DNA of 64,000 nt from Candidatus Latescibacterota bacterium. Lineage in GTDB: Bacteria; Latescibacterota; UBA2968. The DNA is taken from contig OZ240241.1 of the NCBI GenBank assembly GCA_965198115.1, forward strand, positions 7,392,001 through 7,456,000, read 5' to 3'. Every line of letters starts with the position of its first letter. Positions within the stretch are counted from its first letter, which is position 1. Both the position numbers and the translations under genes were made by a program. Below the pieces are notes generated by a model that saw nothing but the letters and a program-made list of their open reading frames with translations, did not search any database and was not told the origin of the DNA. Positions 19,007 to 27,636 of this stretch are shown here, in pieces.

Positions 19007-20014
19007 CTACTCAGCCGTCCGTACGTAGTCGGGAACGTTGATGGGCTGGCCGCCTTGTCGGGATGACTCCCAGGCCGCGAGGATTGGGCCCAGGGAGTAG
19101 AGCCCGTCGTGATAGTCGTTCAGCAGATCGCTGCCGTCGCCTGATCGGACGGCTTCGCAGAAACGTCGGTCCAGCTCGAACCAGGGGTTGAACTCTTCGC
19201 CTTCGAATACCCTCTCGCCGTTGACCTCGATATAGTTGTAGCCGTGAATGGCGAGGTAGCCGCCTTCGTAGTAGAAGAGGAAATAGGGCTCGTTCGGTGG
19301 CACGGTTGGGGTCACGCAGACAAAAGCGACGGTCATGGTGGCGCCGTTGGACATGAGGAAGTTAAACGACGCGGAGGTGGGGGCCCGGTGTCTGTCCCGA
19401 TCGTGTTTCAGATAGCCCTGCGCCGTCGTCACGTCGAGCCCGCTGGCGAAGCGCGAATAATCGACGGCGTGCGGTCCCCAGTCGAAGAAGGAGGACGCGC
19501 CCTTTTCGAATACCCCGTTCCATCGGTTGGTATCACGGTGCTCGGGGATGTCTCGGATACTCTGGAAGCAGATGTGTGTGATCTCCTTGCCCTCGAGACG
19601 CCGTTTCGCCTCCTGGAAGATCGGCCGATAGCGTTCACGGAAGCAGACGGCGCTGAGAACGCCGGCTTCACTGACCGCCTCGTCGATTCGTCGTGCGACG
19701 GACATCTTCAGGGCCTGCGGTTTTTCACTGAAGAGATGGATGCCCTTTGAGGCTGCGGTTGCCTCAACGTCGGTTCTTGCGAAGGCGGGCACGATGGACC
19801 ACATGGCGTCCATAGACTCCTTGTCGAGCATTTCGTGGCCATCTGTGTAGACGCGTGGGATGTCGAAACGCCCCGCTGTTTCCCTGGCGGCCTGCTCGTT
19901 GACGTCGCAGACGGCGACGATCTCGACGTTGTCGACGTTCGTCAGGTTCGGGAGATGCTGGTTGTTGGCGAAGTTGCCGGCACCGAAGATGCCGACTTTT
20001 ATGGTTTTAGCCAT
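19007..20014 (-). CDS. Gfo/Idh/MocA family oxidoreductase
   Basis: KVGIFGAGNFA, EKPQA, DWGPHAVD. Confidence 0.9.
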   Translation of the reverse strand: MAKTIKVGIFGAGNFANNQHLPNLTNVDNVEIVAVCDVNEQAARETAGRFDIPRVYTDGHEMLDKESMDAMWSIVPAFARTDVEATAASKGIHLFSEKPQALKMSVARRIDEAVSEAGVLSAVCFRERYRPIFQEAKRRLEGKEITHICFQSIRDIPEHRDTNRWNGVFEKGASSFFDWGPHAVDYSRFASGLDVTTAQGYLKHDRDRHRAPTSASFNFLMSNGATMTVAFVCVTPTVPPNEPYFLFYYEGGYLAIHGYNYIEVNGERVFEGEEFNPWFELDRRFCEAVRSGDGSDLLNDYHDGLYSLGPILAAWESSRQGGQPINVPDYVRTAE

Positions 20015-20029
20015 GAAAACCCTCAGTTA

Positions 20030-20141
20030 ACACGAAGACGCGAAGACACGAAGGGATACGCAGACGAAACCTTTGGAACCACCGATGAACACAGATAAAC
20101 ACTGATGTGATGAAAGTTAGGACCGTGACCCTATTCGGGGA
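20030..20141. repeat. Periodic repeat cassette (8-nt x3, 10-nt x3) plus CCTATTCGGG box
   Basis: acacgaag acgcgaag acacgaag; ctttggaaccaccgatgaacacagataaacactgatgtga, which matches 48299-48338; gaccctattcgggga. Confidence 0.7.
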
Positions 20142-20277
20142 GTGGCCTGGAGGGTCCCAAAACGAATGATTGAGCAACATCGATGACTACAGAAGCTGCC
20201 GTTCCTGACGACTGAACACTGAACCGGCCTGCTTTTGGCCGGTCACCGGGCACGATGGGAAATCCCTATAGATCGGT

Positions 20278-21324
20278 TTACAGCTCCACATCCAGCTTTT
20301 GCGCCCACTCTTGAATCTGATCCCACGTGCCGTCTTCGATGAAGATGCCTTCGGCATCGCGCTGGGATTTGACTCTGGCTTCGATTTCGCCTGGGAGAAG
20401 GATCTCGCTGAATCCCTCGGCGGGCGGAGACGATTTGACGTGTTGGATGAAAATGTCGGACTCCCTGTAAAAGTCATCTATCGGGAGGAATTGTGCGACG
20501 TCGACGATGATGAGGAGGACTCCGTTGGAGTTGCGCTGATCTTTGCCGATACAGCCCGTGCCGCTGAGGACACCAGCCAGAATTTCGATGGCGACGTTGA
20601 GACCATAGCCCTTGTGGCCGGCGGCCGAGCCCCCGAGCGGCAGAATGCTGCCTGGGGGATCTCCGTAGAGCTTGTGTGGATCGTTCGTGGGCTTGCCATT
20701 GGCGTCGAGCAGCCAGCCGTCCGGTGTTTCCTCATCGCGATTGCGTTTGACGCGCACCTTTCCCTCGGCGACGACGGTGGAGGTCATGTCCATCACGATC
20801 GGTTCGCCCGAGGAATGAGGGATGCCGAAGGCCAGCGGGTCTGTGGCCAGCCGCGGTTCGGTGCCACCCCAGGGGGCCATGCGGAAGGCGGGGATTCCCA
20901 CCGCGTTGACGAAGAGGAAGCTGATCATGCCCTGGCGCGCAATGTGGTCGACGTAGCTGCCGAGGCGACCGATGTGATTCGAATTGCGGACGGTCACCGC
21001 AGCCAGACCGTGCTGCGTGGCTTTTTCGAGTCCGATTTCGACTGCGCGGGTCATCGTGACCTGACCGAATCCCCAATTGCCGTCGACGGTGGCTGTCATG
21101 GGATTCTCTTGCACAACCTTTACTTCGGCGTTGGGGACGATGTCTTCCTTTTCCACTGAATCGAGGTATTGCGGGATGCGGATGAGTCCATGAGAATCGT
21201 GTCCGGTGCTGTTGGCTTCGGCGAGCAGCTCCGCAACGAGTCTGGCATTGTCGAGGGATGTTCCGGCTCCGACGAGGATCTTAGCGATGGTTTCGATCAG
21301 TTCATCTGAGGTGAAACTCGGCAT
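20278..21324 (-). CDS. Ldh_2 family (malate/L-lactate/sulfolactate-type) dehydrogenase
   Basis: GHDSHGLIRIP.Y, DGNWGFGQ, NHIGRLG, D.TSTVVAEGKV, GHKGYGL, LPGE.E. Confidence 0.9.
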   Translation of the reverse strand: MPSFTSDELIETIAKILVGAGTSLDNARLVAELLAEANSTGHDSHGLIRIPQYLDSVEKEDIVPNAEVKVVQENPMTATVDGNWGFGQVTMTRAVEIGLEKATQHGLAAVTVRNSNHIGRLGSYVDHIARQGMISFLFVNAVGIPAFRMAPWGGTEPRLATDPLAFGIPHSSGEPIVMDMTSTVVAEGKVRVKRNRDEETPDGWLLDANGKPTNDPHKLYGDPPGSILPLGGSAAGHKGYGLNVAIEILAGVLSGTGCIGKDQRNSNGVLLIIVDVAQFLPIDDFYRESDIFIQHVKSSPPAEGFSEILLPGEIEARVKSQRDAEGIFIEDGTWDQIQEWAQKLDVEL

Positions 21325-21426
21325 GAGCGACTCCAGTGTTCGGTGTTCGGTGTTCAGGTTCAGGAAGACCCCATATGGCCATCTGGCACGATGAAGGTTG
21401 TCAGTCGTCAGGATTCAGGAAAACCT

Positions 21427-22608
21427 CTACTCAGACCCGAAAATTCTGTGGATGATCTCTGGATGGGTTAGACCGGAGGTGCGGAGGTCGTTGTATTCTT
21501 CCCAGTGATCCCAAGACCTGCGTTCGTGGCTACGTATGTCGTATTTGTGTTCGAATTCGGGGGACATCTTGCCCTCGGCGAGCATCAATGAGAGTGGATA
21601 TCCGGTCTCCTCGAGAGGCAGGCGGACGACCTCGTGGTTTCGCGCCGATTGATACAAGGCCATCATCAATTCCACGGCGTGTCGCGTCTGAGTACCCTCG
21701 CTCCGATAGGACGACTCGCCATCCAACCAGGCTTTGAGCCCTTTGGCCTGCGCAGCATAGGCAACTCGGAAGAAGCCCTCAAGTCCAGCCCTGTTTGCGG
21801 CGGATTCGATCTCGGAATCCCACACGACGGGGAATGCCTCCGGATCGTGACCGCTCGCGATCAGCCGGAGGCTGTCTGGTCCAACTTCGAGGAGACCATC
21901 AGAACCCTGTACTGTCATCTGGTCGGGTTCGTTGCGCGTCGTGAGATCGGACTGGAACAAACATTGAATCCCGCCTTCGAAGGACATCAATCCCACGCAG
22001 CAATCTTCGATGGGGACATCCCGCTCCCATCGGTTAGACCTGCGATCTAGCGCTCCCATCACCCACTCGCCATTTGGATCACCGAGGACGTATCGAATCC
22101 CATCCACGGTGTGACTACCGGTGTTGAGCATACCGTCGATGACGTGCCCGGTTGCCAGAACAGGGGTGCCGATGGCGCCTTCCTGGATGAGACGACGCGC
22201 TTCGGCCCAACCGGGGTAGAATCTTCGCTGGTGGGCGATGGCCAGTTTCGTGTCGAGGTCCGCGCAGACCTCGATCATCCGGTCGGCCTCTTCAAGCCCG
22301 ATGGCCATGGGTTTCTCGCACAGGACAGCCTTCACACCGTGTTCTGCTGCGAGAATCGTCTGCGGTGCGTGGAGAAGATGCCACGTGCAGATGCTGACGA
22401 TGTCCAATGATTCTTCGCGCAGCATGGTCTCGGCGTCATCGTAGATCGTCGCAATGTCGAAGGTTTCTTTGAACGCCTTTGCAACATTGGCGTCGGGCTC
22501 GACACCCGCGGCGAGGTCCAGGCCGGGTACGCTCAGGTAGGCACGAGCGTGTCGTTCCGCAATGTTGCCGCATCCGATGATGCCGACTCTGTAGTTCGAT
22601 GATGGCAC
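21427..22608 (-). CDS. Gfo/Idh/MocA family oxidoreductase
   Basis: RVGIIGCGNIA, CEKPMA, HQRRF, GSHTVD. Confidence 0.9.
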   Translation of the reverse strand: MPSSNYRVGIIGCGNIAERHARAYLSVPGLDLAAGVEPDANVAKAFKETFDIATIYDDAETMLREESLDIVSICTWHLLHAPQTILAAEHGVKAVLCEKPMAIGLEEADRMIEVCADLDTKLAIAHQRRFYPGWAEARRLIQEGAIGTPVLATGHVIDGMLNTGSHTVDGIRYVLGDPNGEWVMGALDRRSNRWERDVPIEDCCVGLMSFEGGIQCLFQSDLTTRNEPDQMTVQGSDGLLEVGPDSLRLIASGHDPEAFPVVWDSEIESAANRAGLEGFFRVAYAAQAKGLKAWLDGESSYRSEGTQTRHAVELMMALYQSARNHEVVRLPLEETGYPLSLMLAEGKMSPEFEHKYDIRSHERRSWDHWEEYNDLRTSGLTHPEIIHRIFGSE

Positions 22609-22715
22609 TGGTGCCGCCTATCCTGATCGAATGGCCTTCAACTGAAAAGGGGTGTTCGGTGTTCAGGGTTCGGGAAACCTGGCATTGGTTTTCGCGATAG
22701 CTTGCGTTGAGGTTA

Positions 22716-24006
22716 GGGTTCGCGAATAAATAAACGGTCGATCTCAATGTTGAGCCATTGGCCGGATCGTGTAGTTCCAGTCGCCGTGGAAATCGTGCGG
22801 AGTGAGATCGATTTGGGTCATCTGTTCATCGGTCACCTTGACCCCGTTAGGGTAGGGTCGCTTGTCGATCTCGGAGCGTACTCGGAGACCGGCTTGAGTG
22901 GTCGTTCCGGCAATGAGATTCACGGTTGCAGCCAGGCTGACCAGGGGCTTGCCTCGCCAGTTCATAGCGATGAAGGAGAACAGGCGATGTTCGATCTTGT
23001 TCCACTTACTAGTGCCAGGAGGGTAGTGGCATACGGTGATCGTCAGGCCAGTGCGATTCGCAAAGCGCTGCAGCTCCCACTTCCACAGCCGCGTCTTGGC
23101 GCCGTTGCTGCCGCCTGCGTCCGCCGTGATTAGCAGATGCGTCGAAGTGCCGTAGGCGGGCCGTCCCATGTTCTTCCACCAACTTCGGATCGCATTCACG
23201 GCGAAGCTGGCCGTGTCGTGATCGATACCGACACTTACCCAGCCTTCATCACGGCTCAGATCATACACTCCATAAGGGATCGCCTTGCCCTGAGCAGGCA
23301 CTATGAAATCGTGTACCTTCACACGCTCCGGGTCTCCCTTGGGTCGCCATTCTCGGCCAGGATTCTTGAAGTCGCCGATCAACTCTTTCTTCTTGGTGTC
23401 CACCGAGATAACGGGAAGGCCCTGCTGCTGCTGGCTAATCCGATCATCGAGGTAAACGAACTGAGCGTCCCGATCCGGGTGTGCAGATCCCTCCCTTGTC
23501 TTCCGATTCGCCTGCAGCGTGTAATCGTGTTCGTGCAGGAGATTGGCAACGATCCTGGGGCTCACCGAATGCCCCATCGCTTGCAACTCGGCGGCCAGTT
23601 TGCGAGTGCTCTTCGATGTCCATCTCAGAGGATTGTCGTCAGGCGACCCCGCAGTCGTTGGCTCGACCAGATCATTCAGGTCCTGCCACAGCGTCGGGTC
23701 CGTGTCGGCCTTCCGCTTACGACCGCCGCCTGGGCGCCGGATGCGAGCCGGGTCCAAAGGTTCGTCCGACCTCAACTCCTGAATGCCACGAAAGATCCGC
23801 TCTCTGGACATTCCTGTCGCCAGAGCCACAATCGCGATCCCACCGTGACCCAACGCTTCGGCTTCCGTGGCGGCCCACAGACGACGCGTGCGTTCCGTCA
23901 GCACCGGAGCCAAGGCTTCATACTTCGTTCGGAGAGTTTCGACGTCCACACTCCGAGCGTAAGATCATTACCTTGAAAAGTGCAGTACTTATTTCGTGGC
24001 AAACCC
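22716..24006 (-). mobile_element. ISAzo13-family insertion sequence, copy 3 (1291 bp, inverted)
   Basis: Reverse-complement copy of the same element, flanked by TTA/TAA. Confidence 0.93.
22744..23949 (-). CDS. ISAzo13-family DDE transposase
   Basis: Protein identical to copy 2 in the ORF track. Confidence 0.95.
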   Translation of the reverse strand: MDVETLRTKYEALAPVLTERTRRLWAATEAEALGHGGIAIVALATGMSRERIFRGIQELRSDEPLDPARIRRPGGGRKRKADTDPTLWQDLNDLVEPTTAGSPDDNPLRWTSKSTRKLAAELQAMGHSVSPRIVANLLHEHDYTLQANRKTREGSAHPDRDAQFVYLDDRISQQQQGLPVISVDTKKKELIGDFKNPGREWRPKGDPERVKVHDFIVPAQGKAIPYGVYDLSRDEGWVSVGIDHDTASFAVNAIRSWWKNMGRPAYGTSTHLLITADAGGSNGAKTRLWKWELQRFANRTGLTITVCHYPPGTSKWNKIEHRLFSFIAMNWRGKPLVSLAATVNLIAGTTTQAGLRVRSEIDKRPYPNGVKVTDEQMTQIDLTPHDFHGDWNYTIRPMAQH

Positions 24007-24846
24007 TAAGGGTGATGGGATCCATTCGAGATCTCTGAGCTGTTCGACCCAACTTGCCCTCAGCGGATTGTCCTTCGCTCCGGCGATCCAATCGGGATGA
24101 CAGAAGGGCACGCCATCGGGAAAGTTGAACATTCGAGCGTGATTCTCGCCGATGATTCGTGCCTCCTGTCGACGAGCATCTGCCTGCTCGGGGGTAGGCG
24201 ACGGCATCCAGTAGATTGCTGCCCCCAGGCGCCTGCCTGGAGCCCCGCCGAAACTCGAGTGCAAGAGCGGCAGAGCGAAGGCGATGACATCGCCCGGCGT
24301 CGTTTCTATGACGACGCTCGATTGGCCACCCTCATCCGGTTCGAGGTCGAGCCCGCGTAATGTTTCCATCACTTCCACGTACGTTTGCAGACGGAAAGGT
24401 TCGGTGTCGGAGACACGATCCTCGTGTGGTTCAATGTGGGAGCCGGGCACGACGCGCAGGGCGCCGGTTTCGGCACGGAGGGGCTCGAGGTAATAGAGGA
24501 GCTTCAGCCCAGTGTTGCCCGGCACGTCGAGATCACGGTGCCACCCCGTGTCGCCCTGCCAATAGAGCATGTCGACGTTAGCGCCAAAGATGCGGTCGTC
24601 GAAGGTCTGCTGGGCGATTGAGAGAAAACGATTGTCTTCGAGCAGAGAGGCGCTGAAAGGCGTCTGTGGATGCAGCAACGGGACCCAGCTTCCCCTCGGA
24701 CCACCATCGCGACCCTTGTAAATCTCGCTTCTGGCTGCGTCGGCCTCTTGGGCGAGCGTTGCCATCTCTTCCGCGTCGAAGAGTTGGCGGAACACAAGTA
24801 AGCCAAATTCTTCGAAGAATGCGATCTGATCTTCTGTCAGTTTGAT
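23989..24846 (-). CDS. PhyH-family Fe(II)/2-oxoglutarate dioxygenase; C-terminus now runs into the IS end
   Basis: WHRD motif, GALRVVPGSH, PGDVIAF...LHSS. The frame extends upstream of the annotated GTG to the family start KLTEDQIAFFEEFG, with ATC 8 nt after AAGGAG. Confidence 0.8.
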   Translation of the reverse strand: MKLTEDQIAFFEEFGLLVFRQLFDAEEMATLAQEADAARSEIYKGRDGGPRGSWVPLLHPQTPFSASLLEDNRFLSIAQQTFDDRIFGANVDMLYWQGDTGWHRDLDVPGNTGLKLLYYLEPLRAETGALRVVPGSHIEPHEDRVSDTEPFRLQTYVEVMETLRGLDLEPDEGGQSSVVIETTPGDVIAFALPLLHSSFGGAPGRRLGAAIYWMPSPTPEQADARRQEARIIGENHARMFNFPDGVPFCHPDWIAGAKDNPLRASWVEQLRDLEWIPSPLGFATK

Positions 24847-24873
24847 GAGAATCGCTCCTTGTCTTTCGCCGTT

Positions 24874-27420
24874 TTACGACCTTCTGATTTCCATGAGCGT
24901 CATCTGGGGCTTGCCGAACGCGTCCAGCCCTTCGTAGGTCACCGCACACTCTGGATAGACCGCCTTCGCGGTTGCCTCGAGAAGACGTCCGTTGAACCAG
25001 TCGACGGCGGAACCATCATACTTCGCGGGACCTTTGAATCCCATGCGGTAGATGTGCTTTCCCTTGGACGTCAGCCGCTGGGGGACGTTGTGGTAATCTT
25101 CGATCTTGCGAACGATGATGTCTACGATCTCGAGCGCGCCCTGGGGATGTAGTAGGGCCAGCAGCTGGAGACCACTCTCGACCGCCCGGTTCGACAGATG
25201 GAGCCAGACATTGTGCGGATACTCGGCGAGGACCTCACCCAGAATTCGATCACCATCGACGTCTTCTGGCAGCGTACCCGGCCTCACGAAGTCGTAGCCG
25301 GCTGCTTCGATCCGGCTGTAGCGTTCTTCGAGTTTGAGACCGGTCTCCCGATCGTCCGGATTGCCGTAGAGGTCCTGCCAGAATCGGTAGAAGGTCAGAT
25401 CCCCGTGCGCCTTCCCGTGTGCGCGTCGGAAGACGTCGCGGTATTTGCCAAGGAGGGCGCCGACACCTGTAGCCGGGATGCCTACCAGGTCGGCTTTGAG
25501 TGTTTCAACCTCGAGGTCGTAGCTCCGAGCAAGCTTGGCCAGCGCGTTGGCAGGGAGATAGAGGCGCGTTTCGATCAGAAACCGATCCCCACCGATCTGT
25601 GCGAGCTTGTCGCCGGGCAGATTGTCGAAGACGTTTGTCAGGTGAACCCGAAGCACGCGGCCGGCAAAAGCCCGTAGTGCGTCGGTCGGTGCTTCGGCGT
25701 TGCCGTGGACGTATTTTAGCGCGATTCCGCGACGATTGCGGCCAAGTTCAGACCTGGCGTGGTCGAGGACGGCGCGACTGTTATCGCAAAGCACATAGGT
25801 GACCGTACCGAGATCGAGACCTTCGGCGTGAGCGAGGGTGGCGAGGGTGTCGATGAAGGCCCGCGCGTAGTCGACACTGGCCACGCCGATTTCGACGTAG
25901 CAAAGGGAACCCGAATCGGATGATCGAATCCGTTGGACCTGTTCGAAGAATCGCCCGGCGTTGTGGCGAATGAACTCGAGGTTCGCGTCTGGAGAACCCT
26001 TGATGGCGTCCCGATAGTCTCGACCGTGGGCGCCGACGAAGTCGATGACGTCGTTCCAGAACGCCGAGTTGAATTGCCAGACGATGCTCTGGGAGTAGGG
26101 GACAAAATCCCCGATGAGGACGCTGCCCTCGCTCTCGCTGCGACCATCGGCGTAGTGCGGCAGAGACTCTTCGAGCGACTTCCTCAAGGAAGCCGGTGAT
26201 GCCCATTGCCGCAGGTCGACGGCGAGCTCCCAGTTTAGGACGTCGCCGTCCACACCCGTGAACGGGCGACGCGCCAGGGGTCTTCGAAAATGTTGTTTGT
26301 AGGTGATACGATTCCAATACGTGCTGAAGGCGGTTTCGGGGGTCGCAGCTGATCGCGCGTCAGTGAAGGCATCGAGGTCTTGGAGAAAACTTCGAATGTA
26401 TTGATCGTCCTCGACTCCCGGTTCGTGAACAACGCTCACACCTTCACTCTTCAGATTTGCCTTCAACGCTTGTAGGTCGGAGCGCGCACGCTGGAACTGG
26501 TTCAAAGATGCTTGTGAGAGAAGACTCTCGAGCCCGCGGGAACCCACGATGGGCATGAGATGGATTCCGGCGACGTTTGGGAGTGTTTTGATTCTGTCGA
26601 TCAGGTCAATGACCCATTGCGTGCAGAGGGATTCACAATCCTCGGCGTCCAGTTTGCTCGCATTCCTGAAGTGGTCGATGACCTCGCGACCCTCAGAACC
26701 GCCCGTTCCCAAGCCTGTCAGGAAGAACCAGAGGCGGATGTTGTCCACCGACTTCGGCACGGGCACGCCGACCACGATGGGTGTCCCGATGAGATCCCGC
26801 CGGATGACTTCATTCCACCAGGACTCGAATCGATGCCACAGTAGAGGCGGTTGGGTGATGATCGCTTCAGCACCCGCGTCGATCTTTCGGGAGAGGCGGT
26901 CGACTCGCTTGCCAACGGTCTGTATAAGCGGGTTTTCGACCGCCCAGAGGGATATGTGAGAAGGGACTTCCCCCGATCGACGCAGTTCGGTGACGAGATC
27001 GAGCGTGCTGAAAGCGTCCATGGGAAGCACCAAACGCCCAAGGGGACCGAGCATTCTGCGAGAAAGGCCTCCTCCTGAGAGAGCGAGGACGGCCTTTGCT
27101 CCGCGTTCGATGGCCGCAATGACTCGATTGCGTACGGTGTCTCGGGATCGGAGCGCGGCCGATACGGTTGCGATGGGCTGGCGCGTTTCTGCGATCGAGT
27201 CGAGGGGGTCGGTCGAGGGAAGGCTGCCAGAGATCACGGCCCGAAGATCGCGAAGTCGTGCGGCGAGCGGCAGGTCGGGAAGGGTTACAGCGTCGATGAC
27301 ACCCTGACGCGTGAGGGTGTTGTAGCGCTTCATCTGAGCGGGGCTTGCCTGCTCCGCCGTGATGACGAAGCGGTTGCGCTTCAGGCGATCGGCAATGGAA
27401 AAGGGGTCTGGGTCGGCCAT
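24874..27420 (-). CDS. MetF/MTHFR-like flavoprotein barrel fused to a class I SAM-dependent methyltransferase-like domain
   Basis: N-terminal FVITAE, RLSRKIDAGAEAIITQP, PIVVGVP, VAGIHLM resemble MetF; C-terminal YVEIGVAS, TYVLCDNS, HLTNVFDNLP, LLHPQG.L...D resemble a Rossmann methyltransferase. Confidence 0.7.
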   Translation of the reverse strand: MADPDPFSIADRLKRNRFVITAEQASPAQMKRYNTLTRQGVIDAVTLPDLPLAARLRDLRAVISGSLPSTDPLDSIAETRQPIATVSAALRSRDTVRNRVIAAIERGAKAVLALSGGGLSRRMLGPLGRLVLPMDAFSTLDLVTELRRSGEVPSHISLWAVENPLIQTVGKRVDRLSRKIDAGAEAIITQPPLLWHRFESWWNEVIRRDLIGTPIVVGVPVPKSVDNIRLWFFLTGLGTGGSEGREVIDHFRNASKLDAEDCESLCTQWVIDLIDRIKTLPNVAGIHLMPIVGSRGLESLLSQASLNQFQRARSDLQALKANLKSEGVSVVHEPGVEDDQYIRSFLQDLDAFTDARSAATPETAFSTYWNRITYKQHFRRPLARRPFTGVDGDVLNWELAVDLRQWASPASLRKSLEESLPHYADGRSESEGSVLIGDFVPYSQSIVWQFNSAFWNDVIDFVGAHGRDYRDAIKGSPDANLEFIRHNAGRFFEQVQRIRSSDSGSLCYVEIGVASVDYARAFIDTLATLAHAEGLDLGTVTYVLCDNSRAVLDHARSELGRNRRGIALKYVHGNAEAPTDALRAFAGRVLRVHLTNVFDNLPGDKLAQIGGDRFLIETRLYLPANALAKLARSYDLEVETLKADLVGIPATGVGALLGKYRDVFRRAHGKAHGDLTFYRFWQDLYGNPDDRETGLKLEERYSRIEAAGYDFVRPGTLPEDVDGDRILGEVLAEYPHNVWLHLSNRAVESGLQLLALLHPQGALEIVDIIVRKIEDYHNVPQRLTSKGKHIYRMGFKGPAKYDGSAVDWFNGRLLEATAKAVYPECAVTYEGLDAFGKPQMTLMEIRRS

Positions 27421-27431
27421 GGGGGAAAGAT

Positions 27432-27530
27432 GACCACGAAATACACGAAATACACGAACAACATTGACCACGGAACACACAGAATACACGGAAGGTGTAG
27501 TTCTGTCGAAGTCCGGAGCCTATTCGGGGA
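27432..27530. repeat. 9-nt periodic repeats (two blocks) plus GAGCCTATTCGGGGA box
   Basis: gaccacgaaatacacgaaatacacgaa; gaccacggaacacacagaatacacggaa; gagcctattcgggga. Confidence 0.75.
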
Positions 27531-27636
27531 TGAGATCGTGATGCGGACAGGAAGCGTGGAACCGCCCACTGCGGTCGCACTTTCGCAGGCGTCTGGGTGC
27601 AGCTCTGGTGGTCAGGAACTACAGCACGAGCGATCG

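Noticed and set aside
27421-27489. N-terminal MYSVCSVVNVVRVFRVFRG of the 871-aa ORF
   Set aside because: Translation of 9-nt periodic repeats; MetF-like similarity begins after ATG 27420.
27432-27494. Tandem repeats as a possible CRISPR array
   Set aside because: Units are 7-10 nt without unique spacers, and no cas genes are present.
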